From contig JAQWIR010000027.1 in NCBI GenBank assembly GCA_029248755.1, positions 2,480 to 66,479 on the forward strand: a DNA stretch of 64,000 nucleotides. Direction: 5' to 3'. This stretch comes from Porticoccaceae bacterium (lineage in GTDB: Bacteria > Pseudomonadota > Gammaproteobacteria > Pseudomonadales > Porticoccaceae). The notes beneath the pieces were generated by a model. It was not told the origin of the DNA. It was given only the letters and a program-made list of their open reading frames with translations, and ran no database searches. This document shows positions 1 through 9,997 of this stretch, piece after piece; the first letter of the stretch is position 1; the number at the start of each line of letters is the position of its first letter. Both the position numbers and the translations under genes were made by a program.

Positions 1-2
1 CG

Positions 3-401
3 ATCCCAGCCACCGAAAAGCCAAAATGGCAGGTGGTTATTGCCGGGGGCGATACCTGCGGTGAAAATTGTAAGGATATGCTTTTAAATACTAGACAGAT
101 TCATATGCTATTGGGCAAATACACGGGTCGTGTACAGCGTGTTTTCCTGCAGGGACCGAATCAGATACTGGATTCAGAATGGTTAAAGCAAGAGCATCCA
201 TTTTTGCTATTGGATACTCTAGATACTGACAAATTTAAACAGCTGCTCACCAATAACTCGGCACAATGGGATATGACAGATACCCGATTTTTTGTGGTAA
301 CCCCAGATAATAAAGCGATTTTGTACTTTACTGCAGAGAATGATGCGAATGGACTGCTTGATGACCTCAAACATCTGTTAAAATACTCCCCTGATCGTTA
401 A
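3..401 (+). CDS. Cytochrome oxidase biogenesis cluster hypothetical protein (thioredoxin-like CxxxC), 5'-truncated by the window
   Basis: Frame is open from base 3 ([23 protein letters not shown]...TRQIH..LGK...RVQRV). It resembles the conserved protein that follows SURF1 in gammaproteobacterial cox clusters and lies directly upstream of cyoE. Confidence 0.65.
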   Translation: MPATEKPKWQVVIAGGDTCGENCKDMLLNTRQIHMLLGKYTGRVQRVFLQGPNQILDSEWLKQEHPFLLLDTLDTDKFKQLLTNNSAQWDMTDTRFFVVTPDNKAILYFTAENDANGLLDDLKHLLKYSPDR

Positions 402-433
402 TTTTAGCGATTTTAATAGCCCATCTGGAGAAA

Positions 434-1342
434 ATGTTGGAGCCAAAAGTAGATAATCAAATGGCAATTAGCTGGCGAGACTATTTAGAGCTGTGCAAGC
501 CCAATGTAGTTGCATTGATGCTTCTTACGTCATTGATTGGCATGCTCTTAGCAACGCCCTTTGCTGTTCCGCTCGATATTCTAATTTTTGGTAATTTAGG
601 TATTGCTCTATGCGCAGGCGCAGCTGCAGCCGTTAATCATGTGGTTGATCGGCATATTGATGAAAAGATGGCGCGTACAGCTAACCGACCCATTGCTAAA
701 GGACGCCTTAGCCCCAATCAAGCGGTAATATTTGCATTGGTAATAGGCCTTATGGGTGTTGTGATATTAGTATTGTTCACTAATGTTTTGACGGCGTGGT
801 TGACTCTTGCGTCCTCGATTGGCTATGCCTTTATTTACACTATGTATTTAAAACGTGCCACACCGCAGAATATTGTTATTGGCGGTTTAGCCGGCGCTGC
901 TCCACCCCTGTTAGGATGGGTCGCTGTGACCGGAGAAATCCATTACAACGCGCTCTTATTGGTACTTATTATCTTTGTTTGGACGCCTCCCCATTTTTGG
1001 GCGCTGGCACTGCACCGCAAAGAAGAATATGCCAAGGCGGATATCCCTATGTTGCCAGTTACTCATGGCGATACTTACACCAAAATCAATATTCTGTTGT
1101 ATACCCTTATGCTTATTGTGGTAACAATCATGCCTTATTTGACAGGCCTATTTGGCTGGTTGTATTTAACGGGCTGTTTAATCTTGGGCGCTGGGTTTTT
1201 ATTCTATGCAGGCCTCATGTGGCTTAATAAGGATTCAGGCATGAGAACCTTTAAATATTCTATTATTTATTTGATGGTGTTGTTTGCGATTATGTTGCTC
1301 GACCACTATCTTGTGCCCACGGTTGCTTTTCAAATTAACTAA
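434..1342 (+). CDS. cyoE: Protoheme IX farnesyltransferase (heme O synthase)
   Basis: UbiA-family motifs [36 protein letters not shown] and [10 protein letters not shown]; multiple TM segments. Confidence 0.97.
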   Translation: MLEPKVDNQMAISWRDYLELCKPNVVALMLLTSLIGMLLATPFAVPLDILIFGNLGIALCAGAAAAVNHVVDRHIDEKMARTANRPIAKGRLSPNQAVIFALVIGLMGVVILVLFTNVLTAWLTLASSIGYAFIYTMYLKRATPQNIVIGGLAGAAPPLLGWVAVTGEIHYNALLLVLIIFVWTPPHFWALALHRKEEYAKADIPMLPVTHGDTYTKINILLYTLMLIVVTIMPYLTGLFGWLYLTGCLILGAGFLFYAGLMWLNKDSGMRTFKYSIIYLMVLFAIMLLDHYLVPTVAFQIN

Positions 1343-1369
1343 TACTCCTATCTTTCAGGCCCAATTAAT

Positions 1370-2014
1370 ATGGAACTAAAAAACAGAATTAGAATGACTA
1401 TTGTAGTACTGATCGCCTTTATTATGCTGGTGGTCTACGGTTTTTCTTGGCGCATGAACCAGCCAGTAATTATGTCTAAGGAAGAGCTGCAAATTAATGG
1501 CGCAATCGTTTTGGATAAGCCGAGAATCTTTAGTGATTTTGAGTTAACAGATCACCGCGGTGAAGTGTTTAATTTAGATCGTATGAAGGGCATTTGGACG
1601 ATTGTGTTTTTTGGGTTTACCCATTGCCCAGATATATGCCCTACTACATTGGCTATGCTAAATGAGACCTATAGCAAACTAAAAGATAGTGAGAAAGAGA
1701 AGCTACAAATTGTCATGATCTCACTGGACTCAGAAAGAGACACAGTTGAAAAAATGGCAGAATATGTGCCTTACTTTAATCCAGAATTTACCGGTGTTAC
1801 GGGTAATAAGCATTTGATTCGTCGCCTAACAGCCGAGCTTAATGTAGCCTACAATCAGGTACCCTTAAGTGGAGATGATTATACCGTCGACCATAGTACT
1901 CAGCTTATCTTGGTCAATCCCATGGGCCATTATCATGGATTCTTCAAAGCCCCGCACACAGAGATCACTATGCGCAGTACATGGCGTTCAATTGACGGAG
2001 TTAGTAAGTTTTAA
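1370..2014 (+). CDS. SCO1/SenC copper chaperone
   Basis: FGFTHCPDICP (CxxxC), YTVDHS His ligand, N-terminal TM helix. Confidence 0.95.
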   Translation: MELKNRIRMTIVVLIAFIMLVVYGFSWRMNQPVIMSKEELQINGAIVLDKPRIFSDFELTDHRGEVFNLDRMKGIWTIVFFGFTHCPDICPTTLAMLNETYSKLKDSEKEKLQIVMISLDSERDTVEKMAEYVPYFNPEFTGVTGNKHLIRRLTAELNVAYNQVPLSGDDYTVDHSTQLILVNPMGHYHGFFKAPHTEITMRSTWRSIDGVSKF

Positions 2015-3315
2015 GGCTGCTTAGACAGATAAGGCGCTAGGATATTGATAGTTTTTTCAATGGCGCCACAATTGCTTTCTACAATTTTAAACGCCTCTTT
2101 GCCCTCACGTTTAGCCAGCTCAGGCGAGCGGGCATAAATAGTTAATTGATTGCATAACGAGCTGGGACTATCGACCTCACTGCAAGCCTGTTTGGCAATT
2201 AGCTGTGGAAACACATGTTTAAAATTATAATAACTAGGTCCTGTGATTACCGGTACCGCCAAGGCGGCAGCCTCCAGCGGATTATGCCCACCGCGATCAA
2301 TTAAGCTTCCGCCGATAAAGGCACAATGGGCTACACCAAAAAAAGTAAGCATTTCTCCCATAGTATCTGCTAGCAAAACAGACTGATCGGTTAAATCGTT
2401 ATTGCTCCATCGCGCAAAACTAACCTTGGCCTCAGATAGCAATTTAGCGGCCTTATCAAATTGTTCCGGATGACGGGGGGCAATGATCAAAAGACAATTT
2501 TCTTGTGTATTGCACAGCATTTTATATGCAGCAATAATCTGCTCGTGTTCCCCCGGATGAGTGGAGCCCGCCACCCAAATAAATGAGTAATTGCCAAGTT
2601 TTTGTTTTAAATTTTGGACTCTATCTCTCGTTTGCTGTGATAGTTGTATATCAAATTTAATAGACCCAACAACAGCTGATTGTTGATCTTGAAGTCCTAG
2701 CTGTTTAAAGCGATCAACATCTTGTTGGTTGTGTGCGGCCAGCATAGTCATCGAAGCCATAAGTTTGCGGCTTAATGACCCGAAGAGCTGGTAGCCTTTG
2801 AGGGATTTCTCAGAGAGGCGGGCATTAAGAACCAGCACTGGCAGATTGCGTCGCTTTGACTGAATAATAAGGTTTGGCCAAAGTTCAGTTTCCAGAATGA
2901 CAATTGCTGAAGGTCTAAGCTTATTGAGAAATCGTTTTACACTGCCATAAAAATCAAGCGGCAGATAAATATGCTGCACTGCGCTGCCAAATATTTTAAC
3001 TATTTGTTCAGAGCCAGTTGGGGTGTTGCAAGTGATGGTTATTTTTTGATGTGGGTACTTATCCATCAGCTGTTTTATTAATGGACTGGCAGCCAAGATC
3101 TCGCCTACTGAGGCACAGTGAATAATCAGGCTATCGGTTTGAATATTCTTTTGGTAAAACCCAAGGCGTTCAATCCAGCGTTTTCTGTAGGCACTGGTTT
3201 TTCGCCCTCTCAGCCATAATTGCAAAAAGATAAAAGGGCTTAAAACATATAAAAATAACGAGTATGCAGTGCTCAATATTAGATATTCCTGATCATGACT
3301 GTTGCATCTTAACAT
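2011..3315 (-). CDS. waaA: Kdo transferase (true start probably ~30-40 nt downstream)
   Basis: HCASVGE, ETELWPN, NARLS, AGSTHPGE, APRHPE and GGHNPLEAA motifs of GT30. Confidence 0.95.
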   Translation of the reverse strand: MLRCNSHDQEYLILSTAYSLFLYVLSPFIFLQLWLRGRKTSAYRKRWIERLGFYQKNIQTDSLIIHCASVGEILAASPLIKQLMDKYPHQKITITCNTPTGSEQIVKIFGSAVQHIYLPLDFYGSVKRFLNKLRPSAIVILETELWPNLIIQSKRRNLPVLVLNARLSEKSLKGYQLFGSLSRKLMASMTMLAAHNQQDVDRFKQLGLQDQQSAVVGSIKFDIQLSQQTRDRVQNLKQKLGNYSFIWVAGSTHPGEHEQIIAAYKMLCNTQENCLLIIAPRHPEQFDKAAKLLSEAKVSFARWSNNDLTDQSVLLADTMGEMLTFFGVAHCAFIGGSLIDRGGHNPLEAAALAVPVITGPSYYNFKHVFPQLIAKQACSEVDSPSSLCNQLTIYARSPELAKREGKEAFKIVESNCGAIEKTINILAPYLSKQP

Positions 3316-3380
3316 TTCGCTTTACTGCTTAGATAGAAAAACCTAGCTGGACACATAGGCTACACTTTCTATGTGAGGTT

Positions 3381-3402
3381 AAATTTACATGGAGGTAAAT
3401 TT
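3381..3402 (+). promoter_or_regulatory. SD-containing hairpin matching the CsrA/RsmA binding consensus
   Basis: AAATTTAC-ATGGAG-GTAAATTT is an 8-bp perfect stem. The core ACATGGAGGT fits (A/U)CANGGANG(U/A) and overlaps the GGAGG SD ahead of in-frame TTGs at 3401/3404. Confidence 0.5.
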
Positions 3403-4813
3403 GTTGAAAGTAGTGATATTGGGTTTAGTTTTGGGTTTAAGTTGCAAAGTGATAGCTTCTCCAACGGCTTACTTGCCTATCGGAGCAGATAATCATTTAG
3501 AGCTTCAAATAGATTATTTATTTTCGCTAACCCGTGGTAATCCCATGCGAAAGCCCTATGCAATAAAAGAAATTAAGGGGGCGCTTGAGCAGATTAAAGA
3601 AACTAACCCTGGTTTATACCAATTTATTAGTCATCGATTAGGCGTATATCATGGATCGAAAAAAATCAGTCGCCTAGGCGTAAAGGCAAGTATTTCTTCA
3701 AAAAAAGATCAATTTATTGCCAATCAAAGAGGCTTAACATCGAGCGAGAACATACAGGGGACGATTGAAACAGTTTGGCGACCAAATAGTTTTACTGTTT
3801 TACAATCTGGCATGGATTACCGTGGCAATGGTGGTGAACTGGTGCCATTCAATACTTTTTTAGCCTTAAGTAAGAGCAAATTTCAATTAGATATGGGTTA
3901 CAAGGAGCATTGGTACTCGCCCTTTAAGTTTTCTTCACAGCTTATTTCATCGAATGTGGAAATGGGTCCGTCGGTTTCCTTCAGCACAACTGAACCCATT
4001 GAGCGTTGGTGGCGGTTAAATTTTGATTTATTTTATACTCGACTCGACAAAGTTAACAAAGGGATTAGATATAAGGGTGGTCTGCACGATGGCCGCCCTC
4101 ACTTATTGGGTACACATGTAAATATTGAGCCTATTAATGGTTGGAAGTTAGGCTTTAATCGTTTGTTACAGTTTGGTGGCGGGCCTCGAAAAGTCACGTT
4201 GGGAGATATCGTCAAAGGCTTTGTTGATCCCGCTTCCAATGATAATTCCCATTCTGCCGATGAAAGAGATTCGGAATTAGGTGACCAGCTAGCCTCTATA
4301 ACCACGAGTTATCGCTTAGATAGGGGTTTTGCTGTGGAGATATATGCAGAACTAGCAGGTGAAGATACTCAGGGCGAAAGCAATTTTAGCCTCGGTAATC
4401 AGGCAACAGGCTTTGGTGTTTATATTCCAAGAATAAATGACAATACCGCCTTTAGATATGAATATAATCGGTTTAAAACCGGTTGGTATACTAATCATAG
4501 TTATATGTATGGCAATACTAATAATGGCAATGTGTTCGGCCATTATGCAGCGGATCAAAGAAAATTTGGTCATGGTGTACCGGCAGAAATACACAAAGCG
4601 TCAATCGATTTTTTTAGCGCGATAGAAACTAGCTGGGGGCTGTCTTTGGCGTCAATAAATAATAAGGATGATTCTGTATATAGCCGAGGCTACGAGCTTC
4701 AGTTAGAAAGCCGCCATATTGTCCAGGATAAGACTGTAGAGTCTAAATTGACATATGGTAAATCGGTATTTGCAAAAAGTTATGTTCATTTTACGGTAGC
4801 AACTTTTTGGTGA
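3389..4813 (+). CDS. wzi: Capsule assembly Wzi-family outer-membrane beta-barrel (likely start TTG 3401/3404)
   Basis: Signal peptide; segments HWYSP..SSQLISSN, QFGGGPR, GDQLAS and YAELAGED typical of Wzi; C-terminal aromatic residue. Confidence 0.75.
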   Translation: MEVNLLKVVILGLVLGLSCKVIASPTAYLPIGADNHLELQIDYLFSLTRGNPMRKPYAIKEIKGALEQIKETNPGLYQFISHRLGVYHGSKKISRLGVKASISSKKDQFIANQRGLTSSENIQGTIETVWRPNSFTVLQSGMDYRGNGGELVPFNTFLALSKSKFQLDMGYKEHWYSPFKFSSQLISSNVEMGPSVSFSTTEPIERWWRLNFDLFYTRLDKVNKGIRYKGGLHDGRPHLLGTHVNIEPINGWKLGFNRLLQFGGGPRKVTLGDIVKGFVDPASNDNSHSADERDSELGDQLASITTSYRLDRGFAVEIYAELAGEDTQGESNFSLGNQATGFGVYIPRINDNTAFRYEYNRFKTGWYTNHSYMYGNTNNGNVFGHYAADQRKFGHGVPAEIHKASIDFFSAIETSWGLSLASINNKDDSVYSRGYELQLESRHIVQDKTVESKLTYGKSVFAKSYVHFTVATFW

Positions 4814-4841
4814 CGGAAACTCAAGCTTAAATATTCCACTA

Positions 4842-5954
4842 TTATAAGTTTACAACAGCATTAAATACCTCTTGAGCCTCAATAGTATCAACCCGCTGAT
4901 TACCCTGTAAAACCAAACTATTATTTTGGGGTCGCCAGTGTTTTGCTGACTGTCTAATAAGAGCGATTTGCTTAATATTTAAACTACTAGCCAAATGCAT
5001 AATTGATGTTTCAACTGTGATCACCAGGTTACAAAGAGACATTAAACATGGAAGCTCAAAGAAGTCATTCTTTGCAGTAAATACTTCAATGGCTAAGTGC
5101 TTTATTCTGGGGTTATTAACTGCCCAGTATTTAAGTGATTTAAATTTGTTGGGTGGCGAATTGAGAATAAATAAAGTTTGTGGAAATTTCTCATCCATCA
5201 ATAATATCAATTCTTCAAGTTGGCACAGTTTCCAATCTCGTTTTGGGCTTGTTGATAGGTGGTTAACAAAAATTATTTTTGGATGGAACAGGTGGTGCTT
5301 TATTGCCCAAGAGTCAATTTTTTTAGTGCATTGATCTTTTAGCGTATGTGAAATATTTAGTTTAAGCGCGCGTTGACTTTGGTTAACACTAACGGCAAAA
5401 AATTGTTGGAAAATATTCTGATAAAAATCACTAATATGATCATATTCTATGGTTTTATGTAGGTTTATTTTGCCATCAAGTTTTTTATATATGGAATAAT
5501 TGATTAAGCGGCCGAATTTGTTTGGCGGAATAGTTCCGAACACTTTTCCTTGATCACAAATACTAAGGGCAGTTTTAGCAAATTCAGCTGTGCGACTGGT
5601 TGCGACAAAAACAATGACATCATAATCCTCCATGTGTGCTTGGTGAACTATGTCTTCCAGATCTGATGAATTGTTTGCCATGGGGTAGATATAGTTAATA
5701 TGAGGCTCACTAGAAAGCCATTGCAACAATGCTTGGCTTCGACCTGCATGCCATGATTTCTTTTTGCTTCGACAATCATCAATCCAAACATCTAATTGAA
5801 TATTTGGGTAGCTATGGGTTAAAGCCTTTAAAAAAGCGCCTTGATAGATATAATCACCCAATGCCAAATGGGACATATAAAGTAGTTTTAGATGGCCTGA
5901 AGATGATAAAGCCTGTAAATCTTGTTGTTCGCCAAATGCTGGACTGGTGCGCAT
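4842..5954 (-). CDS. Glycosyltransferase family 9 (heptosyltransferase-like), divergent
   Basis: N-terminal LALGD, KRDW and ITVETSIMHLASSL (the GT9 DSGxxHLA equivalent); LPS core context. Confidence 0.8.
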   Translation of the reverse strand: MRTSPAFGEQQDLQALSSSGHLKLLYMSHLALGDYIYQGAFLKALTHSYPNIQLDVWIDDCRSKKKSWHAGRSQALLQWLSSEPHINYIYPMANNSSDLEDIVHQAHMEDYDVIVFVATSRTAEFAKTALSICDQGKVFGTIPPNKFGRLINYSIYKKLDGKINLHKTIEYDHISDFYQNIFQQFFAVSVNQSQRALKLNISHTLKDQCTKKIDSWAIKHHLFHPKIIFVNHLSTSPKRDWKLCQLEELILLMDEKFPQTLFILNSPPNKFKSLKYWAVNNPRIKHLAIEVFTAKNDFFELPCLMSLCNLVITVETSIMHLASSLNIKQIALIRQSAKHWRPQNNSLVLQGNQRVDTIEAQEVFNAVVNL

Positions 5955-6078
5955 GAGTTAATCCTTTAATCTCGCGGCAGGTTATTACAGGCATTTATTG
6001 GTTAACTAAATTTGCCCGATTTTTTAAGTATAGGTGTACAATAAGTTATCTTCCATTTTAATATTTGAAGCGGATAAT

Positions 6079-6666
6079 ATGATTTCTAAAGATATTCAAA
6101 ATAGTTATTTAGCCAGTTTAGAGCGCCATAAAAAAGCATTTGAGCTAATGGATACTTACCATGCGCAAGCCTTGGTTGTTGTGGAAAAATGCTATGCTGC
6201 ATTGCAAGCTGGCGGCAAAATAATCTGGATGGGCAATGGCGGTAGTGCGGCTGATGCTCAGCATCTGGCGGCTGAATTTATGGTTCGCTATAAAAATGAA
6301 CGCGGTCCACTAGCTTCAATTGCATTGACCACAGATACGTCAATTTTAACTGCTCACTCCAATGATTATCATTTTGATTCAGTATTTGAGCGCCAAGTTA
6401 AAGGTCTATGTAAGCCAGAAGACGTGGTGATAGGGCTGACTACTTCAGGCACTAGCCCAAATATAAATTTGGCGCTGACTGCAGCCAATGATATTGGTGC
6501 CTATACCATTGCATTGACTGGTCGTGACGGCGGAATAGTAAAAGATATTGCCGCATTGCCTATTATTATTGCTGACGATGAAACGGCCCGTATTCAGGAG
6601 GCACATATGTTTATTGGCCACTGGTTATGTGAGGCTATTGATGCACTGGTTGTGGAAAACAGCTAA
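6079..6666 (+). CDS. gmhA: Sedoheptulose-7-phosphate isomerase
   Basis: [19 protein letters not shown] and TARIQEAH; ATG at 6079 preferred over GTG 6034. Confidence 0.96.
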   Translation: MISKDIQNSYLASLERHKKAFELMDTYHAQALVVVEKCYAALQAGGKIIWMGNGGSAADAQHLAAEFMVRYKNERGPLASIALTTDTSILTAHSNDYHFDSVFERQVKGLCKPEDVVIGLTTSGTSPNINLALTAANDIGAYTIALTGRDGGIVKDIAALPIIIADDETARIQEAHMFIGHWLCEAIDALVVENS

Positions 6667-8108
6667 TGGACTTATCTTATTTTCAAAAACTAAATGATGT
6701 CAAAATATTGGTAGTTGGCGATGTTATGCTTGATCGCTATTGGCATGGAGATACGGCGCGTATTTCTCCTGAAGCGCCTGTACCGGTGGTTAAGGTCTCC
6801 GATTTTGAAGATAAGGCTGGCGGCGCGGCAAATGTGGCGAAGAACATTGTTCATTTAGGCGCTAATGCAAGCTTGCTGGGGATTATTGGAGATGATGATA
6901 ACGGGCAAAGCTTAAAGGCCTCACTGGAAAAAGAGGGTATTAGTTCGCTGTTGGTAACACAGGATCAAGCGCCCACAATCACTAAAATTCGTATTTTAAG
7001 TCGTAGCCAGCAAGTGGTTAGACTCGATATTGAGCAATCATTCTCACAGCAACATGCGGACTTATTGAGTGCAGAATTCGAAGGGCTAATCGAACAGTTT
7101 GAAATGGTGCTATTTTCCGACTACAACAAAGGTTCCTTGGCAAATATTGGCGCCATGATAAGTATGGCAAAAAAAGCCGGTAAAACGGTTTTGGTCGATC
7201 CAAAATCCAAGCATCTTGCCGATTATGCAGGGGCTGATTTTGTAACGCCAAATTTAACCGAATATTTGGCGGCAGGTGGCATAGAAGGTGATGAAGATCA
7301 GCTTGACCTGTGTGCTAAAAAAATAATTGCCGATTGTAATATTGGCGCTATGTTGCTGACTCGCTCAGAACAGGGTATGTCTTTAGTAACCCCTAGTGAA
7401 AAACACGATTTTGCGGCCCAAACTCTCGAGGTTGCCGATGTGACTGGTGCGGGCGATACAGTCATTGCCACCCTAGCAGTTATGCTTGCTACTCATATGC
7501 CAGCGGCTCAAGCAGTAGAAATTGCTAATATTGCCGCAGGTATAACCGTCACCCGATTAGGCGCGGCAACGGTGTCGCCTGAAGAGCTGTCTTTAAAGCT
7601 GACAGAGTATCTTCAGCAAACAGGTGAGCACTACCACCCCTTAGTTGACGAGGTATTCGAGCGCATAGAGCAGGCGCGAAGCCGCGGAGACAAAATTGTG
7701 TTTACCAATGGCTGCTTTGATATTTTGCACGCAGGGCATGTTAGATATTTGGCTCAGGCAAAAACTCGCGGCGATAAATTGGTGGTTGGGCTCAACAATG
7801 ATGATTCTATATCTCGCCTGAAAGGCACAGATCGACCAATTAATAGCTATGAGCATCGTGCCACTGTTCTAAAAGCTCTGAACGCAGTAGATTGGGTTAT
7901 TCCATTCGGGTTAGCCGCAGAAAATGATACACCTGCGAATTTAATACAGCAGGTTAAGCCCGATGTTTTGGTCAAAGGCGGTGATTATAAAATCCATGAA
8001 ATTGCGGGATCGGATTTTGTTTTGGCTAATGGCGGGCGTGTTGAAGTGCTAGAGTTTGTGAATGATTGCTCTACTTCAAATGTCATCAGTAAAATAAAAG
8101 CTACCTAG
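6666..8108 (+). CDS. hldE: Bifunctional heptose-7-phosphate kinase / heptose-1-phosphate adenylyltransferase
   Basis: [24 protein letters not shown] and [18 protein letters not shown]; start overlaps the gmhA stop (TAATG). Confidence 0.97.
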   Translation: MDLSYFQKLNDVKILVVGDVMLDRYWHGDTARISPEAPVPVVKVSDFEDKAGGAANVAKNIVHLGANASLLGIIGDDDNGQSLKASLEKEGISSLLVTQDQAPTITKIRILSRSQQVVRLDIEQSFSQQHADLLSAEFEGLIEQFEMVLFSDYNKGSLANIGAMISMAKKAGKTVLVDPKSKHLADYAGADFVTPNLTEYLAAGGIEGDEDQLDLCAKKIIADCNIGAMLLTRSEQGMSLVTPSEKHDFAAQTLEVADVTGAGDTVIATLAVMLATHMPAAQAVEIANIAAGITVTRLGAATVSPEELSLKLTEYLQQTGEHYHPLVDEVFERIEQARSRGDKIVFTNGCFDILHAGHVRYLAQAKTRGDKLVVGLNNDDSISRLKGTDRPINSYEHRATVLKALNAVDWVIPFGLAAENDTPANLIQQVKPDVLVKGGDYKIHEIAGSDFVLANGGRVEVLEFVNDCSTSNVISKIKAT

Positions 8109-8825
8109 TTATAATTCGTCTTGATAGGCCCTAATTAGCTGATCCCATTGCTTTACATCCCAAAAAAAGCTGCCGTTGCGTCCTTTTTCTTTAATAAAGG
8201 AGCGATGTAATCGCTGTATATTTTCTTTAAGGCGCCAGTGCGAAGGGCTTACCAAGCGCCCTCTATCAAAATCAATAATATAAACTTTGCCATTATTGTC
8301 GAGCATAATATTGTTGATATTTAAGTCCGCATGAAACACGCCCTGCCGATGAAAGTCAGCAATGGTTTGCCCTATATGGGTAATTTCTGCAAGTGTCAGG
8401 GGTCGATTTTTTAATATCTCAAGTAAGCTTTCGGCGTTAGAGATTGCTTGAGTAATAAGGTCTCCACGATAGATAAGGCCATTTTTAGAAATTTTTGCAG
8501 CTAGGGGCTTGGGTACATTAAGACCTTTTTTTTCAAGCTCAGCTAGCAACACATATTCTTGGTAAGTTCTGGTTTTGGTTAGCCCAGTATAGAGATATTG
8601 ATCACTTAAGAGCTTACCAATCAGCCCGCCACGCCAATAATGCCGCAACACCCCCACTCCACCGGAGTAATCAAAAAACCATGTAGTAGAGCGTCCTTTC
8701 TTTTCGGCTATAATGGCATCTTTGCGCTGCCAATAATTGGGCGCAAACCAATCCTGTTGAATATTTAGGGGATTGTTGACTGCGGTAAGAAGCGTATGAT
8801 TACCACAACGAATGATATCGAGCAT
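8109..8825 (-). CDS. kdkA: Kdo kinase
   Basis: GRSTTWF, LRHYWRGG, HADLNINNI, IDFDRG and RLHRSFIKE; ATG 8825 preferred over 8900. Confidence 0.93.
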   Translation of the reverse strand: MLDIIRCGNHTLLTAVNNPLNIQQDWFAPNYWQRKDAIIAEKKGRSTTWFFDYSGGVGVLRHYWRGGLIGKLLSDQYLYTGLTKTRTYQEYVLLAELEKKGLNVPKPLAAKISKNGLIYRGDLITQAISNAESLLEILKNRPLTLAEITHIGQTIADFHRQGVFHADLNINNIMLDNNGKVYIIDFDRGRLVSPSHWRLKENIQRLHRSFIKEKGRNGSFFWDVKQWDQLIRAYQDEL

Positions 8826-8944
8826 AAGGGATCTGCCATGATTTTTGGCAGTATAACAAGCTTGACCAATCAGATACATACGATCAATTGACTTTGGCAA
8901 TTGACGGTTGGTATTAATTTACTCTTAACTATTTAAGGCAAGCT

Positions 8945-9997
8945 GTGGTTTTATCAGAGCAACCTAACGATATATGCATCCTAAGATTGTCGGCGATAGG
9001 CGATGTTTGCCATGCAATGTCTGCGGTGCAGGCGATCCAAGCGCATTACCCAAAGGCCAAGATTAGCTGGGTTATTGGTAAGGTAGAGGCGGCATTATTA
9101 GAGGGTCTGCCGGGTGTAGAATTGGTTATTTTTGATAAAAAACAAGGAATAGCGGCTTATCAAAAGTTACGAAAAACCTTTAAGCATAAGAAATTTGATG
9201 TTTTATTGCATATGCAGGTTGCTTTTAGAGCTAATCTTGCCGCTCGCTGTATTCCGGCTAAAGTAAAAGTGGGGTTTGATTGGCACATGGCTAAAGAGGC
9301 CCATTCTCTTTTTATAAATCAGTCAGTAGAAAAGCAACAACAGCCCCATGTGCTTGAGGGTTTTATGGGGTTTGCTCAGGCAATCGGAGTGCCGGATGCC
9401 GCGCCTCAATGGCAATTGCCAATCTCTGATGCTAACAGCGCAGTCGCTGTGCAGTATTTAGATGGCTTGGGTAAAACCCTAGCCATAGCCCCCGCCGCTA
9501 GCGGTACGGAGCGAAATTGGTTGGCCGAGCGCTATGCTGAGGTTGCAAGGCATGCGCATAATCAAGGGTTTTCCATTGTGCTGACAGGGGGCCCTACAGC
9601 GTTAGAGCAGTGCTTGGCAGATAAAATTATGCAATATGCAGACTTCCCTGTTTTAAATTTGGTGGGAAAAACCTCACTAAAAGAGCTATTGTGCGTGCTG
9701 GAACAGGTGTCATTGGTGATTGCACCAGATACTGGCCCCGCGCATATGGCAGTTACTGTAGGAACCCCGGTTATTGGGCTCTATGCGCATTCTAATCCTG
9801 CGCGAACGGGCCCCTATCTCTATCAAGACTATGTGGTAGAGGTATATCATCAAAATTTAAAGCAACAGTATGGTAAGACTGCCGATAAACTGCCTTGGGG
9901 GCAACGGGTTAAGGGTGCAAACCTCATGGAGCAAATCACGTCAGAGTCGGTGATAGCCATGTTTGATAGAGTTGTTGAGGAGCAAAAACTGGGATGA
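8945..9997 (+). CDS. GT9 heptosyltransferase (OpsX/RfaF-like)
   Basis: LRLSAIGDVCH, PDTGPAHMA and SNPARTGPY; divergent from kdkA as in Vibrio/Alteromonadales. Confidence 0.9.
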   Translation: MVLSEQPNDICILRLSAIGDVCHAMSAVQAIQAHYPKAKISWVIGKVEAALLEGLPGVELVIFDKKQGIAAYQKLRKTFKHKKFDVLLHMQVAFRANLAARCIPAKVKVGFDWHMAKEAHSLFINQSVEKQQQPHVLEGFMGFAQAIGVPDAAPQWQLPISDANSAVAVQYLDGLGKTLAIAPAASGTERNWLAERYAEVARHAHNQGFSIVLTGGPTALEQCLADKIMQYADFPVLNLVGKTSLKELLCVLEQVSLVIAPDTGPAHMAVTVGTPVIGLYAHSNPARTGPYLYQDYVVEVYHQNLKQQYGKTADKLPWGQRVKGANLMEQITSESVIAMFDRVVEEQKLG

